64,000 bases of DNA, from assembly GCA_965243025.1 (NCBI GenBank), contig CBDETY010000003.1, forward strand, positions 480,001-544,000. The letters run 5' to 3'. Position numbers and translations under genes: made by a program. The stretch comes from Candidatus Latescibacterota bacterium (GTDB lineage Bacteria; Latescibacterota; UBA2968; UBA8231). Below, in pieces: positions 26,114 through 35,841 of the stretch (positions are counted from its first letter, which is position 1; every line of letters starts with the position of its first letter). The notes under the pieces are model-generated. The model saw only the letters and a list, made by a program, of their open reading frames with translations, searched no databases and had not been told where the DNA came from.

Positions 26114-27568
26114 CTACCGGCGCATCCCTATGCGCTGGTTGCCGAGCTCCTGGACGTTCTCGAGGACGGCGGGGTTGTGGACCCGCTCTATCAGCCCGCG
26201 GCGGGCCTGGCTGCGGCGGACCTGCCGGTCGAGGGCGGCCGGGTCCCAGCGCGACAGCAGGTTCTCCTGCAGGTCCGCGGCCACCCCGGCGAAGGCGGGG
26301 TCGCCGGCGAGGTCGGTGAACTCGCCGGGGTCGGCCTCGATGTCGTAGAGTTCCGGGGGATCCCCGAGGCTGTAGTTGAGCTTGTAGCGCCCGCGGCGCA
26401 GCATCGCCATCGGGCCGGCGACGCCGTGGGCGAGGTACTCGCTGAAGGCCTCGTCCTTCCAGGGCCCGTCCCCCCTCGTCAGCGGCAGCAGGCTGTCCCC
26501 GTCGAGGTCGGCTTCGGCGGCGGCCCCGGCCGCGTCCGCCATGGTAGCGGCGACGTCGACCAGAGAGACAACTTCGCGCACGCGCCCGCCGGCAGCGATC
26601 TCCCCGGGCCAGCGGATCTGCAGCGGCACCCGGGAAGATGCCTCGTAGAAGTTGGACTTCCGCCACATGCCGTGCTCCCCGTTCATCTCGCCGTGGTCGC
26701 TGAGGTGGATGACGAGGGTATCCTCGCTCTGCCCGGTCTCGTCGAGGGCCCGCAGCAGGTTGCCGATCTTCTCGTCGAGGTAGCTGACCAGTCCGTAGTA
26801 CCCGGCCCGGGCCCGGCGCACCAGCTCCTCGGGGAAGTCGACGCAGCCGAAGTGACTGCGCATGCGCCGGTACACCGGGTGCTGGTTTTCGAGATGTCCC
26901 GGCGGAATCACCGGCAGGTCGATTTCGTCGAGGGGGTACATGTCCCAGAACCGCTGCGGCACGACGAAGGGGAAGTGCGGGGCGATGAAGGAGGCGGTCA
27001 GAATCCAGGGCTGCCGCCTGCGCTCCGGGTCGCGCAGGTATTGCAGGGCGCGCTCCTCGACGAGGTCGTCGACTTCGATCTCCTCGGTCCTGCCGGGGCC
27101 GGCGTCCTCGAGGGCGGGCCAGGGTCTGGCTGCCGGCGGCGTTCCCCGCGACCAGTCGGGCACTCCGCGCGGGGCCCCGTCCACCGTCCACCCCTCGGCG
27201 TGCAGGTCCCGCGCCAGCTGGGCGCGGAAGCCGTGCAGCTGGTCGAGCCCGCAGAAGTGCTGCTTGCCGCACAGGACCGCGTCGTACCCGGCCGCCCGCA
27301 GCAGGTGGGCCCAGGTCACCTCTTCGGGCGCCAGGGGGGAGGCGTTGTCCCAGGCGCCGATCCGGTGCGCGAAGCGGCCGGTCATGAACGACATGCGCGA
27401 GGGCAGGCAGAGCGGCGAATTGCAGTAGGCGTTGTCGAAGGTGACCCCCTCGGCGGCGAGCCGGTCCATCGCCGGGGTGCGCACCAGCGGGTGTCCGTAG
27501 GTCGAGCTGTAGAACGGGGCGTGCTCGTCGGACATGATCAGCAGGATGTTGGGAAGGCTGGAGCTCAA
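26114..27568 (-). CDS. Cys-type sulfatase (choline-sulfatase-like)
   Basis: PNILLIMSDEH, CNSPLCLPSR (CxPxR), GKQH, PHFP, SDHGEM. TTG start assumed. Confidence 0.9.
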   Translation of the reverse strand: MSSSLPNILLIMSDEHAPFYSSTYGHPLVRTPAMDRLAAEGVTFDNAYCNSPLCLPSRMSFMTGRFAHRIGAWDNASPLAPEEVTWAHLLRAAGYDAVLCGKQHFCGLDQLHGFRAQLARDLHAEGWTVDGAPRGVPDWSRGTPPAARPWPALEDAGPGRTEEIEVDDLVEERALQYLRDPERRRQPWILTASFIAPHFPFVVPQRFWDMYPLDEIDLPVIPPGHLENQHPVYRRMRSHFGCVDFPEELVRRARAGYYGLVSYLDEKIGNLLRALDETGQSEDTLVIHLSDHGEMNGEHGMWRKSNFYEASSRVPLQIRWPGEIAAGGRVREVVSLVDVAATMADAAGAAAEADLDGDSLLPLTRGDGPWKDEAFSEYLAHGVAGPMAMLRRGRYKLNYSLGDPPELYDIEADPGEFTDLAGDPAFAGVAADLQENLLSRWDPAALDRQVRRSQARRGLIERVHNPAVLENVQELGNQRIGMRR

Positions 27569-27770
27569 GGTTCTTCTCGATTCGGGGAGAGGGTGGCGGT
27601 TGGGGAGCGACAATTAACCCCGGCTTCGGGTATCGTCAAAATGCCGGTGAGGGCGCAGGTCCGGGGCTGTCCGAATCTCTTCAGAATCCCCGGCGGCAGG
27701 GGCAGCGTCGAAGGCGGAGGCGGCGCGACTCCGGGGCTGTCGGGGTCTCCGCGGTATTCCCCGGCGAGGT

Positions 27771-29318
27771 TCACTGCACTTCCCAGATGTTCTTCATCCG
27801 CCAGGCGTCGAGGGAAAGCAGAACGGCATCGCTGCCCTGGGCGCGCATGGCGGCCCCGAGGCTGTCGCCGCGCCCCGGGTGTACGCGCACGGTCATGTAG
27901 CGCCGGTTGTTGGCGAAGACCTCGAGGATGCTCGTGTCGATGAAAATCCGCAGCTCCAGGATCTCGCCGTCCTCGAGCTTGAACAGGGAAGTCTCCGGGG
28001 GGCGGGCGAGGACCTCCGGCAGCACCGAGGTGCGGCAGGTGTCGATCACGAGGGCGTCGTGCCAGGTTTCCGGCCCCTTGGTCTTCACCGGGCCGCCGTT
28101 GCGGAGAAAGCGGATGCTCGTGGTCTCTTCTCCATCCGGAGAGCGCAGCACCTCGATGCAGACTTCCCGGGCATCCTTCGGGTCGATCCGGGCAATCAGC
28201 TCCATGGCGTTGCCCCGCACCCCTTCGAGAGCCACGTCGCGATTCGCCGGCAGCGCCGTTTCACCGATCCGCATGCGCTCGGTGCGCAGGGTTTCGAGCG
28301 CAGCCACCGGCTCGTTGGTGACGGTGTTGCCCGGCCCCAGGCGCAGCCGGGTCGGCAGGGACATCATGCCGTTCCAGCCCCGGGTGTCCAGCCCGAAGCT
28401 GAGCATGTGCATCAGGTAGACGCCGCCGTCGCCGTCCGGGGCGGCCGTGGGGGCGTTGGTGCCGCCGTTGTTTATCGGGCCGAAGCAGAAGCGGTCGTGG
28501 GCGAACGGCCTGAACCTGCCCTCCTCTTCGTCCCAGTCGCCGAGGAGGTACTGCGACCCCCGCTGGTGGCTGCCGAAGACGAGGATGTGCTTGTCGCCAA
28601 GGGGCCAGAAGTAGGGCACCGCGCAATCCTCCCCGGCGGTGGTGAAGACGTCCCCTTCCAGGAAGGGGCCCCGGTAGGACCAGTGGCGCAGGTCTTCTGA
28701 AAAGAACAGGTGGGCGGCCGGCTTCGAGTCGACCAGACGGGTGCCCTGCTGCGATCCCGACAGGGAGTAATACCCCTTCTCCCCCTTCCACAGACAGGGG
28801 TCGCCGATGCGGTAGGGGTCCCCGGGCGGGGCCGACTCGTCCTCCGGGATGACGGGGTTTCCGGGGATCTTCTCCCAGTTGAGGAGCAGGGGATCCGACG
28901 CCTGGGCGATCATCGTGCCGGCGCTGGTGCCGTGGTAGCAGGCGAGGACGCGGTCGGCCTCGGTGAGGGCGCTGCCGCTGTAGCATTTCTCCTCGATGCC
29001 GGGATAGATGGCGATCGGCAGGTCCCGCCAGTACACGAGGTCTTCGCTGACGGCGTGGCCCCAGTGCTGGCGCCTGTCTTCCGGGGGGTACTGCTGGTAG
29101 AAGAGATGGAACCGTCCCTGCCAGACGCAGAAGCCGTTGGGATCGTTCGATGGGCCTTCCGGGTTGACGTAGTGGTAGACGGGGCGGTAGCGGTCGGAGG
29201 AAAGGTGCCGCCGCGATTCGGCGAAGCGGAGCGCCAGCTCGTCGGTCTCCAGCTCCCGGAGCTGTTCCTCCAGCCGGGTGGAGTAGGTTCGCTGCGGAAC
29301 CCTGGAAGGGTATTTCAT
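27771..29318 (-). CDS. Glycoside hydrolase family 32-like protein
   Basis: RPVYH..NDPNG, HLFYQ, HWGHAVSEDL, YSGSA, GDP, and a C-terminal beta-sandwich (LRIFIDTSILEVFAN). Confidence 0.88.
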   Translation of the reverse strand: MKYPSRVPQRTYSTRLEEQLRELETDELALRFAESRRHLSSDRYRPVYHYVNPEGPSNDPNGFCVWQGRFHLFYQQYPPEDRRQHWGHAVSEDLVYWRDLPIAIYPGIEEKCYSGSALTEADRVLACYHGTSAGTMIAQASDPLLLNWEKIPGNPVIPEDESAPPGDPYRIGDPCLWKGEKGYYSLSGSQQGTRLVDSKPAAHLFFSEDLRHWSYRGPFLEGDVFTTAGEDCAVPYFWPLGDKHILVFGSHQRGSQYLLGDWDEEEGRFRPFAHDRFCFGPINNGGTNAPTAAPDGDGGVYLMHMLSFGLDTRGWNGMMSLPTRLRLGPGNTVTNEPVAALETLRTERMRIGETALPANRDVALEGVRGNAMELIARIDPKDAREVCIEVLRSPDGEETTSIRFLRNGGPVKTKGPETWHDALVIDTCRTSVLPEVLARPPETSLFKLEDGEILELRIFIDTSILEVFANNRRYMTVRVHPGRGDSLGAAMRAQGSDAVLLSLDAWRMKNIWEVQ

Positions 29319-29491
29319 CCTGCATGTCTCCCTGTTGCCGGCGGGGCAAGGGTCTGAAAGAAACGGGAACCCGGGCGGGGGGTCGAGAAAACGGAACGGT
29401 TGCCCGCCGTCAGTTGACCCCGCCGAAGCCGCGGCCCTGATTCTCCCGCCTTCGCTTCGGCACCGAAATACCGCATCCACAGGAGCATCGA

Positions 29492-30559
29492 ATGGCAACC
29501 AGGATCCAAGCTGAAGACCTCGAGAAGTTCTGCGTCGCCGCCATGACCCGGGCCGGCATCAGCCGGGAGGACGCCGAGCTTTCCGCCCACGTGTTCGTCA
29601 AGACCGACACCTGGGGCACCTTCACCCACGGCACGCGGCAGCTCCGCGGCCTGATGACCAACGCGCGCAGCGGCCGCCTCGACGGCGGCGCCAGGGAGGA
29701 GGTCCTCGCCGAGGGGCCCTCCTGGGCCATCGTCGACGCCAGGGACGGCATGCCGCCGGCGATTTCCTTCCGCGCCGTCCAGCTCGCCCTCGCCAAGGCC
29801 GGGGAAACGGGCATGGCCTACGTCGGGATCCGCGGCAGCAGCCATTACGGGGCCGCCGGATTCTACGCCAACATGATCGCCGAGAACGGCATGTTCGGCA
29901 TGTCGATGTGCAACGTCGAGCCCTGCATGACGGTGCCGGGGGGCAAGAGCCGCATCCTCGGGACCAACCCGATCGCCTGGGCGGCCCCGACCGGCGGCGA
30001 GCGCACCGTGATGCTCGACATCGCCACCAGCGCCGTCGCGGCGACCAAGATCTTCGCCGCCAGGAACGAGGGGCGCCCGATTCCCGACACCTGGCTCGTC
30101 GACGAGGAGGGGGTGCCGACGACCGACCCGTCGATCTTTCCGGAAAAGGGGGCGCAGCTGCCGATGGCCGGGCACAAGGGGTACGGCCTGGCGGTGTTCG
30201 TCGAGATCCTCACCGCGGTGCTGACCGGGTCGGCGGTGATGAGCGGCGTCCACAGCTGGGTGTCGTACGACGACCCGGAGCCGTCGAACCAGGGGCACGC
30301 CTTCCTCGCCATCGACGTCGGGGCCATCATGCCGGCCGCCGAGTTCCACCGGCGCATGGCGGCGATGGCGGAGGAGATCAAGAGCGCCGACCTCGCCGAG
30401 GGGGCGGAGATCTTCCTGCCCGGCGAGATGGAGTGGGAAAGCCGGGAGAAGGCGCTCGCCGAAGGGATCGAGATGCCGGAGGACGTGCTGATCAGCCTGC
30501 GTGGCTTGGCCGAAGACAGCGGCCTCGATCCCGCTGACTTCAACGTCGATCTGGGGTAG
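29492..30559 (+). CDS. Ldh_2 family oxidoreductase
   Basis: THG, SHYGAAG, GTNPIA, LDIATS, GHKGYGL, LPGE. Confidence 0.9.
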   Translation: MATRIQAEDLEKFCVAAMTRAGISREDAELSAHVFVKTDTWGTFTHGTRQLRGLMTNARSGRLDGGAREEVLAEGPSWAIVDARDGMPPAISFRAVQLALAKAGETGMAYVGIRGSSHYGAAGFYANMIAENGMFGMSMCNVEPCMTVPGGKSRILGTNPIAWAAPTGGERTVMLDIATSAVAATKIFAARNEGRPIPDTWLVDEEGVPTTDPSIFPEKGAQLPMAGHKGYGLAVFVEILTAVLTGSAVMSGVHSWVSYDDPEPSNQGHAFLAIDVGAIMPAAEFHRRMAAMAEEIKSADLAEGAEIFLPGEMEWESREKALAEGIEMPEDVLISLRGLAEDSGLDPADFNVDLG

Positions 30560-30569
30560 GAGCCCCCGG

Positions 30570-31397
30570 ATGGACCTCTACTACAGCACCTACGGGATGA
30601 AGGACCTCGACGTGCTCGAGGCGCTGCCCCGCCTGCGCGACATGGGGTACCGGGGGATGGAGATCGCCGTGCAGCCCGGGTGGCCGACCGAGCCGGCCCG
30701 CATGGACGCCGGGGCGCGCCGGCGACTGGCCGCGGCGTTCCGGAGCCTGGGTTTTCCCACGCCCGTCATCATGGCGCTGCTCAAGCCGTGCGCCGAGGGG
30801 GAGGGGCGCCCCGCCGCCCTGGCGCAGTTCGAGGCTTCGTTCGCGCTGGCAAGGGACTTGAGAATCGACGACGCGCCCCTGGTTGTGTCGTCGACCCTGG
30901 GGCACCAGCGGCCCTGGGAGAGCGGCAGGGAGGCGATCGTCGAAATGGTGGTCGAGGTGGCCGACATGGCGGCCCGGTACGGGGCCGTCCTCGCCATCGA
31001 GCCGCACGCCGGAGGGGACTTCGAGACCCCGGAGAAGGCGGTATGGCTGATAGAGCGCGCCGCTCACGAGCACCTGCGGCTCAACTTCGATTTCAGCCAT
31101 TTCCTGGTCGAGGGGTTCGACCTGAAGCACAGCGCCGGACTAAACGCGCCGCTGGCGGCGCACAACCACATCAAGGACGGGTACAGGGACGCCGAAGGCC
31201 GCGTGGTCTACCTGCTGCCGGGGGACGGGGGCCTCGATCTGGTGGAGTACGTCAGGGTGGTCAAGGCCGCGGGCTGGGACCGCTACATCTGTCCCGAGGT
31301 CACCGGCCAGATCTGGTCGAAGGAGGGGTACGATCCCTGGGCGGCGGCGCAGTTCTGTTTCGACGCCCTCGACCCCGCGGTCCGCGCCGCGGATTGA
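30570..31397 (+). CDS. Sugar phosphate isomerase/epimerase (xylose-isomerase-like TIM barrel)
   Basis: AIEPH, LNFDFSH, HNHIKD, PGDG.LD, CPE. Confidence 0.88.
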   Translation: MDLYYSTYGMKDLDVLEALPRLRDMGYRGMEIAVQPGWPTEPARMDAGARRRLAAAFRSLGFPTPVIMALLKPCAEGEGRPAALAQFEASFALARDLRIDDAPLVVSSTLGHQRPWESGREAIVEMVVEVADMAARYGAVLAIEPHAGGDFETPEKAVWLIERAAHEHLRLNFDFSHFLVEGFDLKHSAGLNAPLAAHNHIKDGYRDAEGRVVYLLPGDGGLDLVEYVRVVKAAGWDRYICPEVTGQIWSKEGYDPWAAAQFCFDALDPAVRAAD

Positions 31398-31554
31398 GGG
31401 CCGCTGCGGGCATCGGGACTCAGGGGCCCGCCCGACCTCGACTTGTCCTCGCGCCGGGCTTGAGCGCCGGCCCCGGTTATCGGGCCGGACCTCCGCGGCC
31501 GGGATCGGGGCCCCCCTGTATCCGGACAAGCCTTCCGGCCTGGGCCGCCCGGGT

Positions 31555-32367
31555 TCAGCCCCCCTCCAGGGATTCCACGTCGCTGCCCTTCTCCGCGGCC
31601 TGCCCGGCGAACATCGCCAGGGCCCGCTCGAGCAGCGCCTCCGCTTCTTCTTCCGAGTCCCCCCAGGCGACGATGTCGACCGGAAGCCGCTGGCCCTCCG
31701 CGGTGCGCTCGCCGAGGGCGACGAACGCCTTGAGGTAGGTGTTGGGCAGCTCGTCCATGACGCTCTGCAGGATCGGGCCGCACTGCGACTCCGGCAGGTT
31801 GACGGCGACGCGCCGGGAAACGCGGGCGCGGCTGTAGAGCTCGGCGATCACCGGCTCGACGCTCTGCCGGAAGAGGGCCTCCACCTCGCGCGGGGGTCCG
31901 GGCAGAGCGAACAGGGTGGTTCCGCCGACGCGGGCTTCGACGCAGGGAGCCACTCCCGCCGGGTTGGGATGCGCGATGGCCCCCTCGGGGATGGTCGCCA
32001 TCTTCAGCAATCCCGGGTTGACGTCCTCCCGCCTCTCGATTCCGCGGCTGCGCATGAAGCGGTCGACCAGGGTTTCGTCGACGGCGACATCCACCCCCAT
32101 GATCGCCGCCATCACCTCGACGGTGAGGTCGTCGGGAGTCGGGCCGAGGCCGCCGCTGGTGATCGCGATCCGCGCGCCGCGGCCGCAGGCGTCGGACAGC
32201 ACCCCGGAAATCTCACCCGCGTCGTCGTCGACAATGGCGATGCGCCGCACGTACCCCCCGAGAGCGGCGATCTGGCGCGCCATCCACCAGGAGTTGGTGT
32301 CCTGGATCTGGCCGTTGAGCAACTCGGTGCCGATGGAGTAGATCTCTATGGCGGGCAGGTTGTTCAT
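31555..32367 (-). CDS. CinA N-terminal-like (MoCF biosynthesis domain) protein
   Basis: SIGTELLNGQIQDTNS, SGGLGPTPDDLT, NPAGVAP, LPGPPRE. Confidence 0.88.
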   Translation of the reverse strand: MNNLPAIEIYSIGTELLNGQIQDTNSWWMARQIAALGGYVRRIAIVDDDAGEISGVLSDACGRGARIAITSGGLGPTPDDLTVEVMAAIMGVDVAVDETLVDRFMRSRGIERREDVNPGLLKMATIPEGAIAHPNPAGVAPCVEARVGGTTLFALPGPPREVEALFRQSVEPVIAELYSRARVSRRVAVNLPESQCGPILQSVMDELPNTYLKAFVALGERTAEGQRLPVDIVAWGDSEEEAEALLERALAMFAGQAAEKGSDVESLEGG

Positions 32368-32385
32368 CGCTCTTTCCGGTTCGGG

Positions 32386-32952
32386 TCAACGGGCTTCGAG
32401 GGCGCGGCGCACCTCTGCGGCAGGCAACTCGTGGTCCACCGCTGAAAAATCGGTGGTGTCGACCTCCAGTATGTCGCCGTCGAAATCGAGCAGCCCCATC
32501 CTGCCGCGCTCGAGCCCGGGACGGATCTCGGCGAAGAGCTCGCGGTCGGCGTGCCCGGGGTGGCGCCCCCTTTCCATACGCTGCCGGAAGCGCTCCACCA
32601 GCACCGGACCGGGGGCGTGGCACTGGATCTGGAACAGGTCGAAGGGGAGGTCCGACCGGATCGCGGCAAGCTGCTCAGCGGCTTTATCCGGGTCGAAGTT
32701 GCTCTCGGCGATCAGCGACAGGCCTGCCGACAGCAGGCGGCGCACCTGGCGGTAGAGGATCGCATAGGCGGCGCCGCTGAGCTCGAGGGACCGCTCGCGG
32801 CCCCCGTATCCGAGGGCGTCGAACAGTGCTTCCTTGATGTCGTCCTTGGCGAGCATCGGGAGGGCGAGCTCGGATGAGAGCCTTGCCGCGACGCCGGTCT
32901 TGCCGGTGCAGGGTAACCCGGTCACGAGGACGAGGAGGGGCCGGGAGGTCAT
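32386..32952 (-). CDS. P-loop kinase-like (AAA_33) protein
   Basis: VTGLPCTGKT, KDDIKEALFD, ESNF, RHPGH. Confidence 0.85.
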   Translation of the reverse strand: MTSRPLLVLVTGLPCTGKTGVAARLSSELALPMLAKDDIKEALFDALGYGGRERSLELSGAAYAILYRQVRRLLSAGLSLIAESNFDPDKAAEQLAAIRSDLPFDLFQIQCHAPGPVLVERFRQRMERGRHPGHADRELFAEIRPGLERGRMGLLDFDGDILEVDTTDFSAVDHELPAAEVRRALEAR

Positions 32953-34136
32953 CGCGGAGGGGCCGCTCCTCCCGCCGGCGCCCGCTCCCTTTCTTCGTGC
33001 AGCCGCATCATGATCTGGTGATGCCCGAGGCCCTGGCCGCGCAGCTCGTCGAAGCGTCCGGAGTCGACCCCCTCCCAGCTGAGGAAGCCGCGGATGTCGT
33101 AGCGCCCCTCCTCTTCGACGGCCAGGTCCCCCGCCTCGATCATCAGCTCCAGCGGGTATTCCCGCTCGGCGAGCGGCAGGTGGACGACCCGTCGCCGCCG
33201 CGCCGATTCGTAGAGGGACATCATGATCTCGACGGTAACCCGGGCCTGGCGCCCGGCGCCGCGGTGCTCCGGACCCCCCTCGATCCAGGCGATCAGCTCG
33301 CGCACCTGGGCGGCGTTGGTGTTGCCGCCGATGGCGGCGATCTCCTCCTCCCCGAGGTCGATCCCGCGCCAGCCCCCGGTCTCGCCGTTGAACAGCGACA
33401 CCCTGGCCTCGCTGACGGCGAGCATCCCCTCGGAGCCGCGGACCAGAAAGGAGCCGGCCCCGGCGTCCTCCATGTCGAGGTCGCACTGGATCGTCATCTG
33501 GGCGCCGCTGTCGAAATGGACCAGGCCGATGCAGCAGTCCTCTATCGGCGTGTTGCGCTCGTGGCGGTCGGTGCGGCGCTCGACCGCCCCCATCACCCAG
33601 ACCGGCTTCGGGTCGCCGAGGACGAAGCGCCCCCCGTCGATGGTGTGGGTGCCGCAGTTCAACAGGCCGTGCCCGACCTTGTTGTCGACGGTGAGGGCCT
33701 TTCCTATCGCCCCTTCCCCCACCAGCTCCCTGGCGCGCTCCCAGCCGCGCGTGAAGCGCCGCTGGTGGCTGACCACGAGCCGTGTGCCGCCGGCGTCGCA
33801 GGCCTCGACCATGCGGTCGGCGTCCGCCATGCTGACCGCCATCGGCTTCTCGCAGATCACCCCCCCGACCCCCGCACGGGCGGCGGCGATCACCGGCTCG
33901 GGATGCAGCCGGTGCCAGGTGCAGACGCTGACGATGTCGGGCGAACACCCGGCGAGCAGCTCGTCGACGCCGGCGAACTCCTCGAGGGGTCCGTACTCGC
34001 GGACGTACTGGCGGCGCGCCTCGGCCACCGGGTCGGCGACGGCGACGATCTCGACCCCGGCGAGGCGGTACCCCTCGGCATGGGCGTGGCCGATGGATCC
34101 GCAGCCGACGATGGCGGCGGTGTAATTCTTCGACAT
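32949..34136 (-). CDS. Gfo/Idh/MocA oxidoreductase
   Basis: IVGCGSIG..H, ICEKPMA, HQRRF, GTHTID. Confidence 0.9.
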   Translation of the reverse strand: MSKNYTAAIVGCGSIGHAHAEGYRLAGVEIVAVADPVAEARRQYVREYGPLEEFAGVDELLAGCSPDIVSVCTWHRLHPEPVIAAARAGVGGVICEKPMAVSMADADRMVEACDAGGTRLVVSHQRRFTRGWERARELVGEGAIGKALTVDNKVGHGLLNCGTHTIDGGRFVLGDPKPVWVMGAVERRTDRHERNTPIEDCCIGLVHFDSGAQMTIQCDLDMEDAGAGSFLVRGSEGMLAVSEARVSLFNGETGGWRGIDLGEEEIAAIGGNTNAAQVRELIAWIEGGPEHRGAGRQARVTVEIMMSLYESARRRRVVHLPLAEREYPLELMIEAGDLAVEEEGRYDIRGFLSWEGVDSGRFDELRGQGLGHHQIMMRLHEERERAPAGGAAPPR

Positions 34137-34261
34137 GGAGCAGCTCCTTTTCGGCGGGCCCTACAAAGCCGCTTTTGCCCATGCCGGTCAAGCACTTGCC
34201 GCCCTCCTGCGGATGCCGGAGCTTGAGGGCGGGGAGCATCCCCGGGGATGATTATCGATCG

Positions 34262-35827
34262 ATGAACATCGGCAAGCTGCTGACCAAGTCCGCCCGCAGT
34301 TTCCCGGAGTACCCCGCCACGCTGCAGGGGCCGGAGAAGCAGACCTACGCCGGGTTCGACCGGCGCGCCAACCAGCTCGCCAACGGGCTGCGGCGCCTCG
34401 GAATCCGCAGGGGGGACCACGTCGCGGTGCTGATGTACAACTGCCCGCAGATGCTCGAGTCGATGTTCGCCTGCTTCAAGGCCGGCTGCGGCGCGGTGCC
34501 GATCAACTTCCGCCTGCACCCGCGCGAGTTCGCCTTCATCATCGACCACAGCGAAGCGAAAGCGGTCCTGGTTTCTCCCGAGTTCGTCGGGCCGCTGCGG
34601 GAGGTCTCCGGCCTCCTTTCCCGCTCTCCCCGGGTGATCGCGACCGCCGGGGCCGGGGGGGAGGTCATCGACTACGAGGAGCTGCTCGCCGCCGAGTCCG
34701 GGGAGTTCGACGACGCCGACGTCGGCCCGGAGGAGGTCGCCTGGCTGTTCTACACCTCCGGCACCACCGGGCAGCCCAAGGGGGCGATGCTGACGCACCG
34801 CAACCTGCTGGCGATGACGTCGAGCTTCTACGCCGACATGATGCCGGGCTGCGGCCCGGACGACGTGGTACTGCTGGCGGCGCCCCTCTCCCACGGCAGC
34901 GGCCTCTACGCGCTTCCCAACGTCGCCAAGGCCGCCCTCAACGTGATCCCCGCGGGCAAGTCGTTCGCTGCCGGGGAGGTGCTTCAGCTGATCGAGCGCC
35001 ACCGGGTCACCAACCTGTTCGCCGCCCCGACGATGATCAAGCTGCTGCTCGAGCACCCGCGGCTCGACCGCTTCGACCTCGGGTCCCTGAAGGCGCTGGT
35101 GTACGGCGGCGGCCCGATGCTGGTCGAGGACATGCGGGAGGCGCTGCGCCGGCTCGGCCCCTGCCTCGTGCAGCTGTACGGCCAGGGGGAATCGCCGATG
35201 ACGATCTCCTACCTCTCCCGCAGCGACCACGTCGTCGACGGCACCCCCGAACAGATGGGGCGCCTCGGGTCGGCCGGGATCGCGCGCACCGAGGTCGAGG
35301 TGAAGATCGTCGACGGGGAGGACAACGAGCTGCCCGCCGGAGAGATGGGGGAGATCGCGACCCGCTCCGACCTCGTCATGAAGGGGTACTGGCGCGACCC
35401 GGAGGCGACCGCCGAGACCCTGAGGAACGGCTGGCTGCACACCGGGGACGTCGGCTACATGGACGAGAAGGGGTACCTCTTCCTGATGGACCGCTCCAAG
35501 GACCTGATCATCAGCGGCGGCGAGAACATCTACCCGCGCGAGATCGAGGAGGTCCTCGCAGAGCATCCGGCGGTGCGGGAGGTGGCCGTGGTCGGGGCGC
35601 CCGACCCGAAATGGGGGGAGGCGGTGACCGCGGTGGTCGCCGCGGTTCCGGGGCGCGAGGTCTCCGGGGAAGAGCTGATCGAGTTCTGCCGCGAGCGGAT
35701 CGCCAGCTACAAGAAGCCGAAGAGGGTGGAGTTCGTCGACGAGCTGCCGAAGAACAACTACGGAAAGATCCTCAAGCGGGAGCTGCGCGACCGCTACTGG
35801 CAGGGCCACGAACGCAAGGTCGTGTAA
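34262..35827 (+). CDS. Acyl-CoA synthetase (long-chain fatty acid-CoA ligase family)
   Basis: YTSGTTGQPKG, YGQGE, WLHTGD, DRSKDLIISGGENIYPREIE, LPKNNYGK. Confidence 0.92.
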   Translation: MNIGKLLTKSARSFPEYPATLQGPEKQTYAGFDRRANQLANGLRRLGIRRGDHVAVLMYNCPQMLESMFACFKAGCGAVPINFRLHPREFAFIIDHSEAKAVLVSPEFVGPLREVSGLLSRSPRVIATAGAGGEVIDYEELLAAESGEFDDADVGPEEVAWLFYTSGTTGQPKGAMLTHRNLLAMTSSFYADMMPGCGPDDVVLLAAPLSHGSGLYALPNVAKAALNVIPAGKSFAAGEVLQLIERHRVTNLFAAPTMIKLLLEHPRLDRFDLGSLKALVYGGGPMLVEDMREALRRLGPCLVQLYGQGESPMTISYLSRSDHVVDGTPEQMGRLGSAGIARTEVEVKIVDGEDNELPAGEMGEIATRSDLVMKGYWRDPEATAETLRNGWLHTGDVGYMDEKGYLFLMDRSKDLIISGGENIYPREIEEVLAEHPAVREVAVVGAPDPKWGEAVTAVVAAVPGREVSGEELIEFCRERIASYKKPKRVEFVDELPKNNYGKILKRELRDRYWQGHERKVV

Positions 35828-35841
35828 CCGGGAGGGCGGCA

